NCBI GenBank assembly: GCA_964595305.1
Contig: CAZQPW010000002.1
Coordinates: 1-56,413, forward strand
DNA length: 56,413 nt
Direction: 5' to 3'
Source of the DNA: an uncultured Candidatus Saccharibacteria bacterium
GTDB taxonomy: Bacteria; Patescibacteriota; Minisyncoccia; Phycocordibacterales; Phycocordibacteraceae
Shown here: piece after piece, positions 52,486 through 56,413 of the stretch
Layout: each line of letters begins with the position of its first letter
How positions within the stretch are numbered: the stretch's first letter is position 1
Notes under the pieces: generated by a model
Seen by the model: only the letters and a program-made list of their open reading frames with translations
What the model was told of the DNA's origin: nothing
Databases searched by the model: none
Made by a program: the position numbers and the translations under genes

Positions 52486-53436
52486 GTGCACTATAAAGCG
52501 TACTTAGTATTGGCCGTAGCACTGGTTGTCATTGGGGGAGCGTATTTTTACGACGATTTAAAGAAAACTAATGTATCAGATGGCGGGGTTAACGAAATAA
52601 GGCTTGGCGAACAGCCGGTGGGTGCGGTCAACACAGCAGTAAAATATGTACACCTTCTACAGCCTGGGTTTGTGGTGCTCACAACTCCGGATACATACGA
52701 GACCAATTACAGCTTGGGGGTCAGCAACTTGTTAAGCGCCGGAGCGCACAGTAATGTGATCATTGTTCACCGTGATCCAAGTGTAGACGCCTTCCGAGTG
52801 GGCCAACAGGTTACGGCATCTTTATATTTTGATGACGGAGGCGTTGAGGGGGAGTTAGACATGAATGATAGTAGGGTCGTTGGTCCAGACGGTAAGCCAC
52901 TCGCGGACACAATAACAATTCAAAAGGTAGTACCCAAACAAGAAGTGGCCTCTGTCGGCACCTCGACCGCATACAAAATTGCAGGGAGGACAGTTACTGT
53001 GTTGCAAAACGGTTTATCTTTTAACCTTCCAGAAGGATGGTCAGCGACAATTGAGGGGAGCCAAGCTCTGCACCTACTGCTCCCGCAGGGGCAGAAAGTG
53101 GCAACTATTATTTGCCCTGCTATGGGAGAAGGTCCTTACGAGTCTGCAACCACAACCCCAACTATTTCGCGAACGTTTAGTCACAGTAATTTTACCTACG
53201 AGGTTAACTTTGAAGAGTGGGGAGAGAATCGGGTCGAGTTTGTTAAGACCGAGACTGGTCTTCAGGGTCGTTACGTTGGTCCGCCTACAAAAACTGACGT
53301 AGTTAAATCTGTTGTGCATCCAGTTGGTACGCCAGCGTATGAACGAGGGTGCATACTTAGTACGCAAGGGGCTACCGTTCCACTTGATCGCGAAATTATT
53401 GGCGAGCTCAAAAATATTTATCTATCTTGGCACTAA
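52486..53436 (+). CDS. Membrane-anchored extracytoplasmic hypothetical protein
   Basis: The track ORF (from 52273) runs through the tRNA-Asp gene and its repeats. A plausible real start is the GTG at 52486 or the TTG at 52471, just before the TM helix YKAYLVLAVALVVIGGAYFY. The start is uncertain. Confidence 0.5.
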   Translation: MHYKAYLVLAVALVVIGGAYFYDDLKKTNVSDGGVNEIRLGEQPVGAVNTAVKYVHLLQPGFVVLTTPDTYETNYSLGVSNLLSAGAHSNVIIVHRDPSVDAFRVGQQVTASLYFDDGGVEGELDMNDSRVVGPDGKPLADTITIQKVVPKQEVASVGTSTAYKIAGRTVTVLQNGLSFNLPEGWSATIEGSQALHLLLPQGQKVATIICPAMGEGPYESATTTPTISRTFSHSNFTYEVNFEEWGENRVEFVKTETGLQGRYVGPPTKTDVVKSVVHPVGTPAYERGCILSTQGATVPLDREIIGELKNIYLSWH

Positions 53437-53486
53437 TCACAGGCAACGTCTTGTGCGCAGCAACTTGACTGTGTTACAAAAAACGT

Positions 53487-53693
53487 ATGGCGTCTGCTAT
53501 TTTTAAATCGTTCCTGTTTGCACTTGAATGGCGCGCGTATGCGTTTCTGATCACGCTCGCATTTTTTTGGGTTACTACAGGCACGCTCGTTGTTGCGGCA
53601 CTCCAATCGCTTGGCCTCCAAATACTGCTGCTCATTGGCCACACAGCGTGGTACTACCTGCGCGCACATCGCCCCGCGCACAGTGTTGAATAG
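53487..53693 (+). CDS. Small two-TM protein, DUF2061-like
   Basis: ALEWRAYAFLITLAFFWVTTG...LLIGHTAWYYLRAH resembles the DUF2061 pattern. I preferred it over the antisense 145-aa ORF 53433-53870. Confidence 0.5.
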   Translation: MASAIFKSFLFALEWRAYAFLITLAFFWVTTGTLVVAALQSLGLQILLLIGHTAWYYLRAHRPAHSVE

Positions 53694-53719
53694 TTCCTGT
53701 AACCATATATAGTGAGTGC

Positions 53720-54301
53720 ATGGGCGCACAAAAGATGCTCGCATTAGGTCGCGTACTTGTGGGGATCGCCTCAATGCTATCTGTTCTTGCGTTTGGTATG
53801 GTGGTCGTCCCACAGAACGATCCGCTCCCTGACGGAATTGTGCCAATACACATCGAATATGGAACTCCAATTAAGGTGCGCGAAGTGGTTGATGGAGACA
53901 CTGTAGTGTTAGAGAACGGCGCGACCGTTCGTTACATCGGTATCGACACCCCAGAGACACACCACCCAACTAAACAGAGGCAGTGTTACGGGGAAGAGGC
54001 GGCAGCATTTAACAAAAAAATGGTTGAGGGCAAAATGGTAACGCTGCAAAGGGATGTGAGCGAGCGTGACAAGTACGGCAGGTTTCTTGCGTACGTGTAC
54101 CTCGAAGATGACACTTTTGTCGAAAAAGAACTCGTGCAAAACGGATACGCGTTTGCTTATAAATATTATCCAGACGTTGCGAAGTCTGCCGACCTTAAAG
54201 CCGCGCAAGTGAGCGCAAAATCGCTCGGCGTTGGACTTTGGAGCGCGTGCACTGTCTCGAAACTTTCGTCTGGTCGCTACCAAACCAACGCGGTACAATA
54301 G
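53720..54301 (+). CDS. Secreted or membrane-anchored thermonuclease (staphylococcal nuclease/SNase fold)
   Basis: An N-terminal hydrophobic anchor, then VVDGDTVVLENGATVRYIGIDTPET, DKYGRFLAYVY and LVQNGYAFAY. Confidence 0.85.
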   Translation: MGAQKMLALGRVLVGIASMLSVLAFGMVVVPQNDPLPDGIVPIHIEYGTPIKVREVVDGDTVVLENGATVRYIGIDTPETHHPTKQRQCYGEEAAAFNKKMVEGKMVTLQRDVSERDKYGRFLAYVYLEDDTFVEKELVQNGYAFAYKYYPDVAKSADLKAAQVSAKSLGVGLWSACTVSKLSSGRYQTNAVQ

Positions 54302-54305
54302 CCGT

Positions 54306-55346
54306 ATGCAGCTGGTGCGCTTTCTCGTGCGGCACTACCACACTATCTCGATAGCCTCGTTTGTCGTTGGTTTCACTGTCGACTCAATTTTCCTCAAACG
54401 AATTGACACGCTTACTTCGCTTGGCGTGCTTTCACTCTACTTAGCGCTTGCCGGTGTATCAATACTTGCAATGCAAAAAGTAATTCACCTAGAGTGGTAC
54501 CGCGTGTACGCGCTCCCGCTGTTGCCGTTCGTGGCCCAGTATGCCTTCGGAGGTCTCTTTTCGGGTTTCCTCATATTTTATACACAGGCGGGGTCGCTCT
54601 CGGGGAGCTGGCCGTATCTTGGCATTACTCTCACGCTCATTATCATCAACGAATTTTATTCCTCGTTTCATTCAAGACTTTCGTTTCAGCTTGGACTGTA
54701 TTATTTCTGTATTTTTTCAGTTTCTATATTCGCGGTGCCAATGGTCTTAGGTTCGATAGGTGAAAAGGAGTTTGTAATTTCCGGCCTCGTGTCGCTCGGC
54801 GTGTTTGGAGCATTTTTGTTACTCGTGTTTGCAACGAACCGCGCGAGATTCTTTGCGACACTTCGTGAGTCGCTCCTTAGCGTGCTCACTCTGTACGTCG
54901 GGCTTCATGCACTTTATTTTCTCAACTACCTCCCCCCAATCCCACTTGCACTCAAGGAGGGCGCGGTGGTCCACTCTGTTGAAAAGGTTGGCACGGAGTA
55001 TTTAGTTAGTGCATTTACGCCAAGCATTTACGAAAAGCTTTTCGGACTCACGTTGACAGGCGTGCGTAGCGAGGAGCTCTTTTATTACAGCGCAGCGTTT
55101 GCGCCGACGAACATCAAAACTCCTATCCAACATCTATGGGAGTGGTATGACGAAGGGTCGGGTGTGTGGGTGCAGAAAAGCACCATCAGTTTTCCCATTG
55201 TCGGAGGGCGAGATTCTGGGTATCGCGGGTACAGCTCCAGGCCGATCGACGAGTTCGGACTTTGGCGCGTGACTGTGCAAACAGCCGACGGGCGTATCCT
55301 TGGTCGTACGCGGTTTTGGTTTGAAGAGCAGCCTGTGATACGATAG
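54306..55346 (+). CDS. Polytopic membrane protein with a C-terminal soluble beta domain (DUF2914-like)
   Basis: ATG at 54306. About 7 TM helices are followed by a domain of about 110 aa ending GLWRVTVQTADGRILGRTRFWF. The family assignment is from memory. Confidence 0.5.
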   Translation: MQLVRFLVRHYHTISIASFVVGFTVDSIFLKRIDTLTSLGVLSLYLALAGVSILAMQKVIHLEWYRVYALPLLPFVAQYAFGGLFSGFLIFYTQAGSLSGSWPYLGITLTLIIINEFYSSFHSRLSFQLGLYYFCIFSVSIFAVPMVLGSIGEKEFVISGLVSLGVFGAFLLLVFATNRARFFATLRESLLSVLTLYVGLHALYFLNYLPPIPLALKEGAVVHSVEKVGTEYLVSAFTPSIYEKLFGLTLTGVRSEELFYYSAAFAPTNIKTPIQHLWEWYDEGSGVWVQKSTISFPIVGGRDSGYRGYSSRPIDEFGLWRVTVQTADGRILGRTRFWFEEQPVIR

Positions 55347-55353
55347 CTAAGAA

Positions 55354-56361
55354 ATGCAGCAGGTGCAGTATATTGTTAAACATTTCTGGCTCTCAATCAC
55401 AGCCTTTATCCTCGGCCTCTTTTTTGTTTTTTTCTATGGAGCGTGGGCTGCTGTCGGACTCACGTTACTACTCATAATGCTTGAGGTCACGCTCTCGTTT
55501 GATAACGCGGTTGTTAATGCGCGCGTGCTTACTCGCATGAACGACGTTTGGCAGCATCGGTTCCTTACCTGGGGGATACTTGTTGCAGTGTTTGGCACAC
55601 GTTTAGTGCTCCCCATTCTCATCGTGTCGGTGGTTGTGTGGATGAATCCATGGGCAGTTACCATGCTCGCGTTTTTTGATCCGGCACATTACGGCGAACT
55701 GCTGGAGAAGGCAAAATATGCAATCCATGCGTTTGGTGCCGCTTTCCTCATTATGGTATCGCTCAAATATTTTCTTGACGCGAAGAAAGAGCTGCATTGG
55801 ATAAAGAGCATTGAGGCCCGTATCAGCCGCTGGGGGAACGTTGAGTCGATTGAGATTGCTCTCGCACTCGCTGTCGTTGCGCTCGTTTCGTACTTCGTGC
55901 CTGCCGAGGCACAATTCACTGCTCTGCTTTCCGGAGTCATCGGCGTGGTGCTATATCTCTGTATGCAAGGAATAACTAATGCGTTCGAGGGCGGGGCAGA
56001 GGATCTTGCTAAAGGTAGCGCCGCTATGTTTGTGTATCTTGAAGTCCTTGATGCAGCATTTTCACTCGACGGAGTGATCGGTGCATTTGCGCTCACTAGC
56101 GAGATCCCGATCATTGCAGTTGGCCTCGGCGTCGGTGCTTTTTTTGTGCGTTCGCTCACGGTGTATATGGTGCACGAGCGCACGCTCGACACGCTCAAAT
56201 ACCTGGAGCACGGTGCGCACTGGGCGATCTTTGGCCTCGCTGTTTCAATGTTCGTTTCACTTTTAACTGAAGTGCCGGAAGCTGTTACCGGAACTATCGG
56301 CATTGTTTTTGTTGCCGCTGCGTATTGGTCGTCACTCAAGTCGCAGGGTAAAATGATGTAG
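55354..56361 (+). CDS. TerC-related integral membrane protein (DUF475-like)
   Basis: LEVTLSFDNAVVNARVL and the second-half repeat LEVLDAAFSLDGVIGAFAL are typical of the TerC/DUF475 internal duplication. Multi-TM. Confidence 0.6.
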   Translation: MQQVQYIVKHFWLSITAFILGLFFVFFYGAWAAVGLTLLLIMLEVTLSFDNAVVNARVLTRMNDVWQHRFLTWGILVAVFGTRLVLPILIVSVVVWMNPWAVTMLAFFDPAHYGELLEKAKYAIHAFGAAFLIMVSLKYFLDAKKELHWIKSIEARISRWGNVESIEIALALAVVALVSYFVPAEAQFTALLSGVIGVVLYLCMQGITNAFEGGAEDLAKGSAAMFVYLEVLDAAFSLDGVIGAFALTSEIPIIAVGLGVGAFFVRSLTVYMVHERTLDTLKYLEHGAHWAIFGLAVSMFVSLLTEVPEAVTGTIGIVFVAAAYWSSLKSQGKMM

Positions 56362-56413
56362 ATGGATCAGTTGCCCGCGTTTAATTTTTTTGAGTCGATA
56401 CCCATGCACTTGT

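Noticed and set aside
53433-53870. 145-aa minus-strand ORF overlapping the DUF2061-like gene and the start of the nuclease gene.
   Set aside because: It is Arg/Cys-rich with no motifs, and it overlaps two plus-strand ORFs that have recognisable membrane and SNase features.
1-56413. CRISPR arrays, rRNA genes, transposases/integrases, and an alternative genetic code (UGA recoding, as in some CPR lineages).
   Set aside because: I saw no regularly spaced direct repeats; the only repeats are the tRNA-linked ones. I noticed no rRNA-like conserved stretches and no DDE or tyrosine-recombinase motifs in any ORF. All housekeeping genes are full length under the standard code with TGA used as a stop, for example the ATGA overlaps.

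Overview
This window looks like the replication-origin neighbourhood of a small-genome bacterium that uses the standard genetic code. The gene content suggests Patescibacteria/CPR: a VirB2-like 'T4SS pilin', PrgI/VirB4/VirB6-like genes, a lamin-tail-domain protein, dispersed type IV pilus genes, compact housekeeping proteins and many orphan ORFs. That placement is an inference; no database search was run. Layout from the left: uvrD (5' partial) and rsmA; a Cys-rich secreted protein with a LAS/M15-like zinc-peptidase signature (minus strand); then a tightly coupled 12-gene, same-strand T4SS-like operon (3840-15885). Next, jag-yidC-rnpA-rpmH on the minus strand face dnaA-dnaN on the plus strand, with DnaA boxes upstream of dnaA and in the dnaA-dnaN spacer. 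The rest is mostly housekeeping: PBP1A, tyrS, ruvC-ruvB, pilB, tsaE, polA, a dCMP-deaminase-like gene, a holA-like gene, trmH-family, murE-like, ruvA, rpsT, dedA, ung, ogt, ruvX, pilMNO, uppS, rluD-like, rplS, a thermonuclease and several membrane proteins. These are interleaved with orphan ORFs and six tRNAs: Lys-UUU, Arg-GCG, Ser-UGA, Arg-UCU, Val-UAC and Asp-GUC. Items most worth a second look are: (1) the relaxase-less, coupling-protein-less T4SS-like operon beside oriC, with about eight family-less exported or membrane partners and a candidate wall hydrolase next door; (2) a GIY-YIG ORF sandwiched between a complete tRNA-Ser and a duplicated, hairpin-interrupted 5' fragment of the same tRNA plus its upstream flank; (3) a tRNA-Asp with an atypical T-loop whose 3' end is repeated perfectly (32 nt) 122 nt downstream, and whose acceptor stem recurs as a minihelix upstream; (4) a promoter-preceded rod-shaped candidate sRNA (about 155 nt) between a tandem-LuxR regulator and pilB; (5) a tRNA-Arg with anticodon GCG. 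All coordinates and motifs were read by hand from the sequence and ORF track. No HMM, BLAST, covariance-model or folding program was run.
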